Below the pieces are notes generated by a model. That model had not been told where the DNA came from. It worked only from the letters and a program-made list of their open reading frames with translations, and ran no database searches. Below are positions 49,397 through 58,961 of a DNA stretch of 64,000 nucleotides, in pieces. The position numbers and the translations under genes are program-made. The first letter of the stretch is position 1, and each line of letters starts with the position of its first letter. The stretch lies in the NCBI GenBank assembly GCA_963758525.1, contig CAVWVQ010000003.1, positions 2,080,001 to 2,144,000 on the forward strand, written 5' to 3'. Source of the DNA: an uncultured Phycisphaerales bacterium (lineage in GTDB: Bacteria > Planctomycetota > Phycisphaerae > Tepidisphaerales > Tepidisphaeraceae).

Positions 49397-50668
49397 ATGT
49401 CCGCAACTCCATCATTGCCCTCTCCCGATAGCGGCGCACCCAAGGGCGCGCTGAAGATCATCTTCTTCATCGTCTTCATGGATCTGCTCGGCTTTGGGAT
49501 CATCATCCCGCTGATGCCGCGGTATGTGCCGGATTACCAGCACAATGTGTTTGGCGTCACGCTGCTCTTTTCCGTCTATTCCATCTGCCAGTTCGTTGGC
49601 GCGCCGATTCTGGGATTGCTCAGCGATCGGCATGGCCGCCGGCCGGTGCTGGTGCTGTCACAGTTTGGAAGCGTGGTGGGATACGCGATGCTGGGGTTTG
49701 CGACCGATTGGGGCGGGCACTACACGCTGGCAATCATCTACCTCTCTCGAGTGATCGATGGTTTTACCGGCGGCAACATCTCCACTGCCCAAGCCTACGT
49801 CAGCGATGTGACCACGCACCAAGACCGGGCCAAGGGAATGGGAATGATCGGGGCGGCGTTCGGCATCGGCTTTTCCGTCGGCCCGGCGATCGGCGGCATC
49901 CTGGGAAAATATCACGTGAGCTGGCCGGCCTACCTCGCGGCGCTGATGAGCCTGTGCGCCGCCATTCAAACCTGGCGCAAGCTTCCGGAAACCCGCCACG
50001 ACAAGCCGGTCGAGGCGGAGGTCTGGCTGCATCCGAGCCGGTTTCTGCCGATCTTGCGAAATCCAGTGCTGGCGCAGTTCCTCGCGATCGGCTTTTTCAC
50101 CATGGCCGGATTCGTCATGATGGAGACGACGATGGTCCTCTTCCTCGACCGCACCTTCGGCTACAAGGAAGCGGCGACCGGGTGGTACTTCGCGTTTATT
50201 GGGTTCATCATCGTCATCGTGCAGGGACGACTGATCGGCCCGCTGACGCGCCGCTTTGGAGAATGGCCGCTGGCCATCGCCGGGCCGCTGTTCATCGCGG
50301 CCGGCATGGCGGGGCTGACGCAAACCGCTTTCACCCCGCTGCTCGGTCTGCTCCTGGTGGCGGGCGCTTCCAACGCCATTGGCCGCAGTCTGCAGACTCC
50401 CACGCTCACCGCGCTGCTCTCCCGTTACGCGAACAGAAGCGAGCAGGGCGTCGCCTTCGGGCTGTTTCACGGGTTAGGCAGTCTGTCGCGCGTCGCCGGG
50501 CCGATTCTGGCTGGATGGGGCTATCAGCATTTGTTTCGACGCAATACCGGGCAATTTGCGCTCGCCGGGGGCATATCAATCGCCGTAGCGGTCTGGACGC
50601 TCCTGCTGTCGCGCACTTCCGGGAGGATTGAAACATCGCAGCCGGAAGAAAGTTCGCTCACGGTGTAG
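49397..50668 (+). CDS. MFS transporter (TetA/DHA1-like)
   Basis: DLLGFGIIIP, G.LSDRHGRRPVL, SRVIDGFTGGN, GF..GPAIGG. Confidence 0.92.
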   Translation: MSATPSLPSPDSGAPKGALKIIFFIVFMDLLGFGIIIPLMPRYVPDYQHNVFGVTLLFSVYSICQFVGAPILGLLSDRHGRRPVLVLSQFGSVVGYAMLGFATDWGGHYTLAIIYLSRVIDGFTGGNISTAQAYVSDVTTHQDRAKGMGMIGAAFGIGFSVGPAIGGILGKYHVSWPAYLAALMSLCAAIQTWRKLPETRHDKPVEAEVWLHPSRFLPILRNPVLAQFLAIGFFTMAGFVMMETTMVLFLDRTFGYKEAATGWYFAFIGFIIVIVQGRLIGPLTRRFGEWPLAIAGPLFIAAGMAGLTQTAFTPLLGLLLVAGASNAIGRSLQTPTLTALLSRYANRSEQGVAFGLFHGLGSLSRVAGPILAGWGYQHLFRRNTGQFALAGGISIAVAVWTLLLSRTSGRIETSQPEESSLTV

Positions 50669-50712
50669 TGCGCTGACGGATTCCCCCGACACTCTTACGT
50701 TCGCCCAAACCT

Positions 50713-50817
50713 GGTTAGCCGCGACGCGCAGCGGAGCGCGTATTCGAACGGGAAAACTCGGAATTTCACACTGCGCATCCATGCAAATACACGCTCCGCT
50801 GCGCGTCGCGGCTAACC
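50713..50817. repeat. REPIN-like inverted doublet, second copy
   Basis: Same arms as 14688-14789; lies between convergent genes. Confidence 0.85.
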
Positions 50818-50850
50818 CGGGTTAACGCGTGGGCCTCCTGGGTGCTCCCC

Positions 50851-51765
50851 TCACACTTCCCGCTCGACGACAAACCGCGCCAGCGCTCGAAGTCCGTCGG
50901 CGGCGGGCCCGATCGACTGGATGCTTTCCAGCGCTGCCGCCAGTTGCTTCGAGGCTTCGCGACGGCTCTCTTCCAGCCCCAGCAGGCTGGGGTAGGTGTT
51001 CTTCCCCCGTTCGGCGTCCTTGCTGGTGGCCTTTCCAAGCTGCTCCGGCGTGCTCGTCACGTCCAACACGTCATCCACGATCTGAAATGCCAAGCCCATG
51101 TGCTGGCCAAAGCTGGTGATGGCTCCCAGCAGCGCGCCCTCGACCGCCCCGCTGGCAATGACGCCGAGCCGGCACGCGGCCGTGAGCAGGGCGCCGGTCT
51201 TGAGCCGATGAACGCGCTGAAGATCGTGCAGCGGAAGCGAACGGGTCTCTCCGTCCATGTCGAGCACTTGACCGCCGATCATCCCCTCCGGTCCGCTCGC
51301 GGCTGCCAGCTCGCGGACCAACGCCGGGACGAGCTTCGGATCGGCATCGCGAGCGATGATCTCGAACGCCATCGTCACCATCGCGTCGCCGGCGAGAATC
51401 GCGAGCGCTTCGCCGTACACTTTGTGATTTGTCGGCACCCCTCGGCGGAGGTCGTCGTTGTCCATCGCGGGCAGATCGTCGTGCACCAGGCTGAACGTGT
51501 GAATCAGCTCGATCGCACCGGCGGCCGCGAGTACCGAAGGGTTGGTCGCGGCCTTGGGGTCCACCGCCAGCGCGCATTCCAGCACCAGCGCGGGACGGAG
51601 ACGCTTGCCGCCGGCCAGCAGGCTGTACTCGACGGCGTCGAGCAATCGCGCCGGCGCCTCCGGATGCCGCCCGCGCAAACCGCCAAACCAGACGGTCAGG
51701 TGCTCGCCATGCTGGCGGAGCAGTCCAATGGCCCGATCTTCAATCGGCATTACCCGTGACATCAC
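50851..51765 (-). CDS. ispA: Geranyltranstransferase / FPP synthase
   Basis: GGKRLRP, SLVHDDLPAMDNDDLRRG, GQVLD, FQIVDDVLD, GKNTYP; follows xseB. Confidence 0.9.
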   Translation of the reverse strand: MMSRVMPIEDRAIGLLRQHGEHLTVWFGGLRGRHPEAPARLLDAVEYSLLAGGKRLRPALVLECALAVDPKAATNPSVLAAAGAIELIHTFSLVHDDLPAMDNDDLRRGVPTNHKVYGEALAILAGDAMVTMAFEIIARDADPKLVPALVRELAAASGPEGMIGGQVLDMDGETRSLPLHDLQRVHRLKTGALLTAACRLGVIASGAVEGALLGAITSFGQHMGLAFQIVDDVLDVTSTPEQLGKATSKDAERGKNTYPSLLGLEESRREASKQLAAALESIQSIGPAADGLRALARFVVEREV

Positions 51766-52019
51766 TCGTTCCCGCCCGCTGCTTCCACCAGCGGCTCAGC
51801 CGCCAGCGACCCGTCGGGCGCCTTGGTCAACAGCTCGATCTGTTTTTCGGCCGCCCCCAGCACTGTCCGGCAGTGCCGAATCAGAAAGCTGCCGCGCTCG
51901 TATTTCACAATGCTTTCTTCCAGCCCGACCTGACCCCCCTCCATGTCGCCGAGGATCTGCTCCAATTCCTGCAGCGCCTCTTCGAACGTTTCGGGAGGAA
52001 CCTGTTTCGCCTTGGCCAT
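51762..52019 (-). CDS. xseB: Exodeoxyribonuclease VII small subunit
   Basis: TFEEALQELEQI..LEESI..YERG..C...L..AE. Confidence 0.92.
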   Translation of the reverse strand: MAKAKQVPPETFEEALQELEQILGDMEGGQVGLEESIVKYERGSFLIRHCRTVLGAAEKQIELLTKAPDGSLAAEPLVEAAGGNE

Positions 52020-52050
52020 CGGGCGAAAGTATAGCGGAAAAGCAGAAGAG

Positions 52051-52230
52051 AGGCACGAAGGGAAGTGAGGGAAAGGCACGAAGGCACGGAGGCACGGAGG
52101 CACGAAGGGTAAGGAAGAAGACTCTCGTGAATCAGAGCGAAGCCACAAAAATCCCCTTCCTTCCCTTCGTGCCTTCGTGCCTCCGTGCCTTCGTGCCTTT
52201 CCCCAGCTTCCCTTCGTGCCTCCGTGCCTT
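52051..52230. repeat. GGCACGAA octamer-array inverted element
   Basis: aggcacgaaggcacggaggcacggagg faces ccttcgtgccttcgtgcctccgtgcc. Confidence 0.85.
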
Positions 52231-52252
52231 GGTGGCCTTTCCCCAGCTCCCC

Positions 52253-53293
52253 TCAATCCGCCGCCATTGCAAACACCGGCTCGGTCTCTTCCGCCCGTTC
52301 GTCATACCGCAGCCGCCAATCGAGGAATCGGTTGACCACCTCCTCGAAGTCCGCGGCGCTGTTGATCGCCCGCATCGGGTCGCGGAGCGATCGGCATGGG
52401 TTCATCTCCTTGGCGTACCAACTCACCCGCTTGCGAAACTCGCAGACGGCGCTCCGCTCGCTGCGGTAATGCACCAGATGATGAAAGTGATCCCGCATGA
52501 GCTGGCACTTCTCCTGAATGGTCGGCGGCGGCGGAACCGTGCCAGAGGTGAAATAGCTCCAGATATCGCGAAAGATCCAAGGCGTGCTCAGAGCCGCCCG
52601 CCCGATCATCACGCCGGCGCACCCCGTCCGGCGAATCATTTCCGCCGCATCTTGGGGCGAACGGATGTCGCCGTTGCCAATCACCGGAATCCGCTTGACG
52701 GCAGCGACGACCTCGGCGATGCCGTCAATTCGCGCCTGCCCGGAAAAACGCATTTCCGTCGTGCGGCCGTGGATGGTCACCAGCGCCACGCCCGCGTCCT
52801 CGAGTCGGGCGGCCAGCGACGGCGCCACGATGCACGAGTCATCCCACCCGAGCCGGAGCTTTGCCGTCAACGGAGTATGCCGCAGCACGCGCTTGACGCG
52901 TTCGACCATCCGCAGCGTGCGATCGGGATCGCAGAGGAGCTTGCTGCCGCCATCGCGCTTGGTGATCTTGTCGACCGGACATCCCATGTTGATGTCGATC
53001 ACATCCGCGCCGCGATCCTCGGCCCATTGTGCCGCCTCGCAGAGCTTGTCGACGTCCCCTCCGTACAATTGCATCGCCAGCGGCGAGTCTTCCTCGCACG
53101 TTGCCGCCAGTTGCATGGATCGAAAATTTTCCCGCAGAACGCCTTCGGGGCAGAGCAGATCTGTGCAAGCCAGCCCCACGCCGCCGCAGGAGCGCGCAAC
53201 CAACCGGAACGACACGTCGCAGTACCCCGCGATTGGCGCCAGAAAGAGATTCGTCGCCAGGTTCAGCGACTCGATAGAGAGTTGTTTGCTCAC
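52253..53293 (-). CDS. dusB: tRNA-dihydrouridine synthase B
   Basis: LAPIAG, DINMGCPV, KLRLGWD, TIHGRT, IGNGDI, GVMIGRA. Confidence 0.9.
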   Translation of the reverse strand: MSKQLSIESLNLATNLFLAPIAGYCDVSFRLVARSCGGVGLACTDLLCPEGVLRENFRSMQLAATCEEDSPLAMQLYGGDVDKLCEAAQWAEDRGADVIDINMGCPVDKITKRDGGSKLLCDPDRTLRMVERVKRVLRHTPLTAKLRLGWDDSCIVAPSLAARLEDAGVALVTIHGRTTEMRFSGQARIDGIAEVVAAVKRIPVIGNGDIRSPQDAAEMIRRTGCAGVMIGRAALSTPWIFRDIWSYFTSGTVPPPPTIQEKCQLMRDHFHHLVHYRSERSAVCEFRKRVSWYAKEMNPCRSLRDPMRAINSAADFEEVVNRFLDWRLRYDERAEETEPVFAMAAD

Positions 53294-53661
53294 TCAGCGG
53301 TTGCCAGCTCGAGCGAAAGATTCAAAGGTCTCAAGAAGATCTCAAAGCCGCGCAACGTCCCCAGCGCCGGCTTCAGTTCGTGCCTGCCGTAAGACCAGAC
53401 GACAATTCCTGTCCACAGCATCAAATACGCCGGTAACAGGGTGAGCAACTCACACCTGGAAGTGAGAATCAGGGCTGCCATTGAGAGCGGGAGCAGCCAT
53501 GAGATCGTCGAAACCGCTTGGGCGCGTTCGTGGCCGCGCTGGCGTGCGTTTGCGCCGGGGAACCACGCCATCAGGACGGGGATGCACAGCAGAAGCACAT
53601 GCGGCGCCCACCATGCGACGTAGAGGGGAATCAGCTTGTCGAGAAGTTCCATCGAGAGCAT
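53290..53661 (-). CDS. Hypothetical small membrane protein
   Basis: Three hydrophobic segments; overlaps the dusB start by 4 nt. Confidence 0.5.
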   Translation of the reverse strand: MLSMELLDKLIPLYVAWWAPHVLLLCIPVLMAWFPGANARQRGHERAQAVSTISWLLPLSMAALILTSRCELLTLLPAYLMLWTGIVVWSYGRHELKPALGTLRGFEIFLRPLNLSLELATAE

Positions 53662-53966
53662 CGGCTATTTTCTCCGGCGGTCGCGGTGGTCAGATCGGCG
53701 GAGGGATCATCGCGAGCTTCACGTGGCTGTCAATTGCTTCACGAACTCTCAATGATCCCATCGCTACGAAAACAGCTACGCCGGGCCAGTTCGATTGGTT
53801 CTGGAGAAAAATCGGGGTGATAGACTGAGAAACTGATCGAGGACGTTCGGCAGATGAGGGTTCAGGGTGTCAGGGTTCAGGGGCCAGGGCTCGGCGGAAA
53901 AGGTGGCCACTGACTCGTAAGTGATTACGCCTGAACAACTTGATCGAGTGTCGAAGCTATAAACGA

Positions 53967-54611
53967 TCACCCGGCTTCGGCGATTCGGAGCGATCGTGAG
54001 TCGATCGGCACCTGTTCCGCGTGCAGGTCGGCCCACATCGCGGCCTCGCCGTTGAGCGGGCTTTTAATGTTGTACGCCTGATAGGCGATCATCTCGCCAA
54101 TGCGAACGGCCAAGTCGATCAGGCGTTCGCCGGCGGTCCAATGATCGCCGACGCAGATGGTGCGGGCGTCGATATTGGGGTGGAAGATCGGGGTGAGCAT
54201 CTTGCAATGAGGGCTGAGCCGGGGGTAATCGCTGGTCAGTTCGATTTCAACCAGGTGGGTGTCGCGAACGATCGGGTCGTTCCCCTTGCCGCGCTCCAGA
54301 CCGCGAACGAAATACTCCAGTTGATAAGTGGAAGGGGGATCACCGACGGCGGACTTGAGCCGGATCGGTCCGTCGGCGGCAAAGGTCCGAGCCATCAGCT
54401 CGGCATCCGCACGCAACCGCCGGACGCGCATGGGAATCCTCGGCGCTGGCGCCCGGGAGGTTGGCGGCGCCGCAGCTGGAGCGTTGGGAACGGTCAGCAC
54501 CGCGCCGCAGGTCTTGCACGACGCGCGACGGCCGGCGTACGCGGGCGGCACCGAGAACGCCCGACCGCATCGATCGCACTGAAAACTGATCATTACCGCG
54601 TCGGCAGCCAT
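53967..54611 (-). CDS. Ubiquitin-conjugating enzyme E2 (UBC fold) with N-terminal zinc ribbon
   Basis: YPRLSP...TPIFHPNID..TICV (HPN plus catalytic Cys), W, SPLNGEAA; N-terminal CDRC..CKTC. Confidence 0.88.
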   Translation of the reverse strand: MAADAVMISFQCDRCGRAFSVPPAYAGRRASCKTCGAVLTVPNAPAAAPPTSRAPAPRIPMRVRRLRADAELMARTFAADGPIRLKSAVGDPPSTYQLEYFVRGLERGKGNDPIVRDTHLVEIELTSDYPRLSPHCKMLTPIFHPNIDARTICVGDHWTAGERLIDLAVRIGEMIAYQAYNIKSPLNGEAAMWADLHAEQVPIDSRSLRIAEAG

Positions 54612-55573
54612 GTTCTTCCACCTACCCACCAATAATATGAGAGAGCCAGGCCCGCGACGGCGCCGGTCAATGAAACTGCGATCGAAAGAAAGACAACTCT
54701 TCGCTGGCGCTGGGGCCTGGCCCGAAACAAGTAGAGCAGCGCCGCCGCGCCCGCGACCAGCGCGGTCGCGCCGAAGGTGAGCGTCCCCGCCACCGCTCCC
54801 AGCACGCTGACGGCCAGGAGCGCATACGCCAATGGCATGCCGCCATGAGCGAGTGCGAGATGCTCCTCCAAAGGAAGGGACGAAACCACGGGCGCCGCGT
54901 CAGGCTCGCGCAGTGCCGCTGAGTTGACCTGCGAGCAGCCGTAGACGGAGCAACCGCCGTTTTCAGTCCAGCATTCGATGTGAAACAGGGCTTTGCACGA
55001 CGGGCATTGTTTGGTTTCCTCCCCCGGTTGGATCGCGCCGTGGCATATGCCGCATTGAGCCGGCGGACTCTGCGGGGTGGTCGCGTCCGGCCGCGCCGGA
55101 CCCACGGGCCGCGGAACCGCGATTGGCGCTCCGCAGATCCGGCAGCGACCCCGCTTGCCGGCGGCGTCCCACGGCGCCCACATCGGAGCGCCGCAGGTGC
55201 AGTCAAATACAATGCCCGCTTCCGGCGAGGGCGTCGGCTGTGCGCGCTGGTGGAGGTCCAGCGGCGTGGCGCCAACAGGGATGGCCTGCCCCTCCTCCAG
55301 CCGCAGCGCCAACGACCCGATGCGAATCCGGTCGCCGGGCCGAACGTCAGTGCGGACGACAACCCGCTGGTCGTTGACAAACGTACCGCTTTTGCTGCCG
55401 GCATCGGCGATGAAGTGCGTGCCGTCGGCGGTGACGCCGATCCAGGCGTGAATGGGCGCAACCGCTTTGCTGGCGGCGCGGACCTGGCTCTCGGGCCGGC
55501 GTCCGACGATGACCCGGCCGCTGATGACACCAGCTTCCATCTTGCCGTCATGTTCTACGATCAGTAGCGCCAT
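54593..55573 (-). CDS. FHA - zinc ribbon - RING finger - TM protein (putative E3 ligase)
   Basis: FHA (VGR..H..SKSGTFVN..GDRIRIG); CTC..CRIC; CGIC..CPSC..H..CW..GGC..GC; C-terminal TMs. Confidence 0.82.
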   Translation of the reverse strand: MALLIVEHDGKMEAGVISGRVIVGRRPESQVRAASKAVAPIHAWIGVTADGTHFIADAGSKSGTFVNDQRVVVRTDVRPGDRIRIGSLALRLEEGQAIPVGATPLDLHQRAQPTPSPEAGIVFDCTCGAPMWAPWDAAGKRGRCRICGAPIAVPRPVGPARPDATTPQSPPAQCGICHGAIQPGEETKQCPSCKALFHIECWTENGGCSVYGCSQVNSAALREPDAAPVVSSLPLEEHLALAHGGMPLAYALLAVSVLGAVAGTLTFGATALVAGAAALLYLFRARPQRQRRVVFLSIAVSLTGAVAGLALSYYWWVGGRTWLPTR

Positions 55574-55588
55574 GAATCCCCGCGGTCC

Positions 55589-56816
55589 TCAGCTGGTTCG
55601 ATCCTGAAATAGAAAGATCGTCGATCCCACCGTGATCCGGTCTCCGTGGCGCAGCCGAATTTTCGAAATCGGCTTGTTGTTGATCATGGTTTTCTGTCCC
55701 AGCGGCAAATCTTCCAGTTCATACGCGCCGGGCACAATATGAATTGCGGCGTGCCGCGGGCCGACCTTGGCGTCCTTAAAGAGATAAATCTGGCAATCCG
55801 GGGCGCTGCCGATGAATGTCGGATTTCGGTAGAGGATGAACTGTTTGCCCGCCAGCACGCCGGCAATGACGCGGAGCCAAGCGGTGCGGGCGGCGTTCTC
55901 GATCAGGCCGGTTCCGATGCCGGAGATGACGCCGATCGCAAGCAGCGCCATCAGTCTCGAGTCCTGCGCTGTCAGTGAGGCGCCGCACCGGCTCGAACAG
56001 CGCGCCGCCGATCAGTCCGCCGATCAGTCCGCCGGCCATTCCAATGGCGAGCTTTTTGGGATTGCGCATCACCACTCCCGCGCCGGCGACGAGAAACAGT
56101 CCGAGGATTCCCCAGGAGCCGGTTTGCACCATCGATTCGGTCAGATGTCGCGGGCCGGCGGTTTGGCGCAGGACGTAAATGAACATCGCCGACGCCAGCC
56201 CTCCAAGCAGACCGAGCAAGGCGGCGACCGAACCGTTGGTCAGCGCACTGGCGAAATTGCGTTGCGTCAGCGGCTCGGCGACGGCAAGACATGCCGCGAT
56301 CAGCATCCCGCAGATGCCGAAGATCAGCGCGTTGCTGATGAATTCCTTGGCGCGGTCGCGCGCCGCGATTTCCGATTCGCGCGTATCCCGCTCCGCTTGC
56401 GACAGCTTCGGATCGGTTTCGATTTCAAAATAGGGATTGTCCTGCCCGTCGGCGCGGATCAGCGCCAGCGCCTGGTCGGCCTCGTCGGCGCTGGATCGGC
56501 CGGTGTCGCGGGCGGCGGTCACCTTCTGCATTTCATGAATCAGATCCGCCGCCTCGGCTTCGGTGGCGGGTTTGAACTGAAGCGCCACCCCGCTTCCCCA
56601 CGCCAGCAGCCCCCCGAGGATTCCGAAAGCGGCCATGTACACGATCGAGTTATAAATGAGCTTGGGCCGGCTCGGTCCGGTCGTTTCCGGGACCGCGTCG
56701 GCGTCGAGCTTCGCATAGGCGCGATTGCGCTCCATCGCCTTCTGCTCGCTGATGCGAGTCTCGACTTTGCGGCTCTGCAGATCGTCCCAGGTTACGACAA
56801 GTTTTTGGTTTTCCAT
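55589..56816 (-). CDS. Polytopic membrane protein with C-terminal FHA domain; apparent frameshift near 55958
   Basis: Gly-rich TM helices, then AWLRVIAG.LAGKQFILY..IGS...HA.I..LRHGDRITVG. Confidence 0.78.
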
Positions 56817-56837
56817 GGCAGTACATCTCCACAGTTG

Positions 56838-57686
56838 TTACGAATTCTGACCCGAAGGCGGGCGCACCGCCGCCGGCATCGTGCTCGGCTCGCGATCGGC
56901 CGGATCATTGGCTTTGGGCGACCCGCGGTTTACGCCGACGACGAACAAAAACACCATCAGCGGCCAGACCAGCGCGACCAGCCCGACTGCTCCCAATCCC
57001 GCCATGATCCATTTTTGCCGCTGCTCCGCCGCCTGGAGGCGCGACATCAAGTCGCTCAACGTGCCCGAGGAAACTTTCCCGTCGGCCGGTATAACCGCGG
57101 GTGGTGCGACTCCCGCCGGACGCGCCGCCTCGCCGTTTGCAGGCAGAACGAGAAATGGCTCGTTGACCGTCTTTCCCGCGTGCCAGACGAAGACGCCCTC
57201 TTCCCGGCTCTTGGGGTCGTATACCAGCGCGATCTGCCAGGGTTCCGCGAACCAGTTCGCCTGGATGAAGTCGTCCATCCCCGACAGAAAAATCCCAAAG
57301 CCGGGGTGCGTGTGATACCACCCGACGAATTTCTTATCGGGAAACTCCCGGTCGCGCACCTCGTTGACGTGCGTCCAGGTTTCGGAAGTGATGGTCACCT
57401 GCGTTTGCTTTCCGGCCGAAAAGTTTCCCCGGACGCTCGCATCGATCAGGCACCACGGGCCCTTCTCGTCGTGGAAGACGCTGCCCAGCAATACGCCGCA
57501 TATTTCGATGTCGCTGGTGGCTTGGCCGTGGGCGTGAATATCGTCCAGGACCGATTGGAGGATCGCGACCTGGTATCGCCGCTCGCGCACCTTTGCCAGG
57601 GCCGGCAAATCGCGGCGCGGAAAGTCCTCGGCACGGAGATGGGCCGCGTCGCGGCCGGTCGAAAGCTGTTCGTTGGTCAGAGCCAT
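56838..57686 (-). CDS. JAB/MPN+ (JAMM) isopeptidase with C-terminal coiled coil and TM anchor
   Basis: EICGVLLG..GWYHTHPGFGIFLSGMD (intact E/H/H/S/D); TM WIMAGLGAVGLVALVWPLMVFLFVVGV. Confidence 0.9.
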   Translation of the reverse strand: MALTNEQLSTGRDAAHLRAEDFPRRDLPALAKVRERRYQVAILQSVLDDIHAHGQATSDIEICGVLLGSVFHDEKGPWCLIDASVRGNFSAGKQTQVTITSETWTHVNEVRDREFPDKKFVGWYHTHPGFGIFLSGMDDFIQANWFAEPWQIALVYDPKSREEGVFVWHAGKTVNEPFLVLPANGEAARPAGVAPPAVIPADGKVSSGTLSDLMSRLQAAEQRQKWIMAGLGAVGLVALVWPLMVFLFVVGVNRGSPKANDPADREPSTMPAAVRPPSGQNS

Positions 57687-58953
57687 TCCAACGCCTCGGA
57701 ATCTGCCAGCGGCCCCAGGACGCGCGGCGCGTCGGCGGCCAGCTCCAGCCCGATCGCGCGGTCGCCGGCGCGCGCGATGAGCACATCGAACAACGGCACC
57801 CCGATGCTCGCCAGCGGCTGATCGAGAAAAGATTCGTCGCCGCGGATGGTATGAAATGTCACCGGTTCGCGGCGGACATTTGGGCCGCAACTGCAGAAAG
57901 CCGCCGAGGCCGGCACGCGCCCCAGCGATGCGAACATCGTCTCTTCTTTTCCGCAAGCGGGGCAGACCAGCTTGTGCAGAACGTCGCGCGCGAACTCCAG
58001 CCCCGCGCCCGCGCCAAGACGCTGGCGCACTTCGCGAAGCAAGTCGCCGGCGGTATGCGTCAGCGCCGACGCGTCGAGCGGAATGATTTCCTGGAGAATC
58101 TCGTGACTGTAACAACTGGCTTTGCGTTGAAACTCCACCTGATACGCTTCGGTGCTCAGCCCGTCAAAAACAAACCCGCGGCCGCGGATGGTCTCCAATC
58201 CGTGCAGCAGCTTAACGGCTTCCTGTGACTGCACGCCGGCGATGATCGAGCTGATGGTCGGCGTGGTCGGGGTGTGGCCCGTTTCCATCTGCTCCCGCGA
58301 GAGAAGATTGCACGAGCGTCGAGCCTGGAGCAGTCGCCAGTCGGTCTCCGACATGGTGCATTCGTAGCAGGGCCCGTCGGGCGCGAACACGCGCGCGGTG
58401 CCCTGAATTTGCTCGATGGCGCCGTCAATCCAGGGTCGGTTGCAGCGCCAGCAGTTGCGGTTGATTGCAAGGCGCGCCTCGCGGTTATCGAGGCCGCCGA
58501 TGACGACGTCCGCCCAGCGAAACACGCCGACGCCCAGGTCGTACACCACGTTGCCGACAAAGGCGTGTGCTTTGATCTGGGGATAAATTTCCCCGGCCGC
58601 GCGAACGGCGACCTCAGCCTTGAAAGCGCCGTTATCGGCGGCGCGATAGAGCACCGAGCGCGAGAGATTCGAGTTTTCGATGCGATCCAGATCCGCGATC
58701 AGCAGGTGACCGACGCCCAGCAGCGCCAGGTTTTTGACGATCTCATTGCCCAGCGCCCGGCGCCGACGACGAGAACCTTCGCCCTGGCCAGCTTCTCCTG
58801 GTCCCACCACTCGATCAGGCGAAAACGATCAAACCGGTCGGAAACAGCGGATTGCGCATTGTTGAGGTCGATGCGAAGGCGCGGCCCATCGGGCGACGCT
58901 TCGGATTCGGCGCACGCGCTGTCGGCGACGTTGAACGGATTGGGACGCGTCAA
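57677..58953 (-). CDS. Ubiquitin-activating enzyme E1 (ThiF/MoeB fold with C-terminal extension); apparent frameshift near 58757
   Basis: DRFDRF..WW.Q, GAGALGNE (restored by one G), D.DRIENSNLSR, LDNREAR, CYEC, RRSC (probable catalytic Cys), CPAC..CSC. Confidence 0.9.
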
Positions 58954-58961
58954 ATGGATGG

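Noticed and set aside
53856..53890. TTCAGGG-like heptamer run
   Set aside because: It has four degenerate units and no partner arm, too little to call an element.
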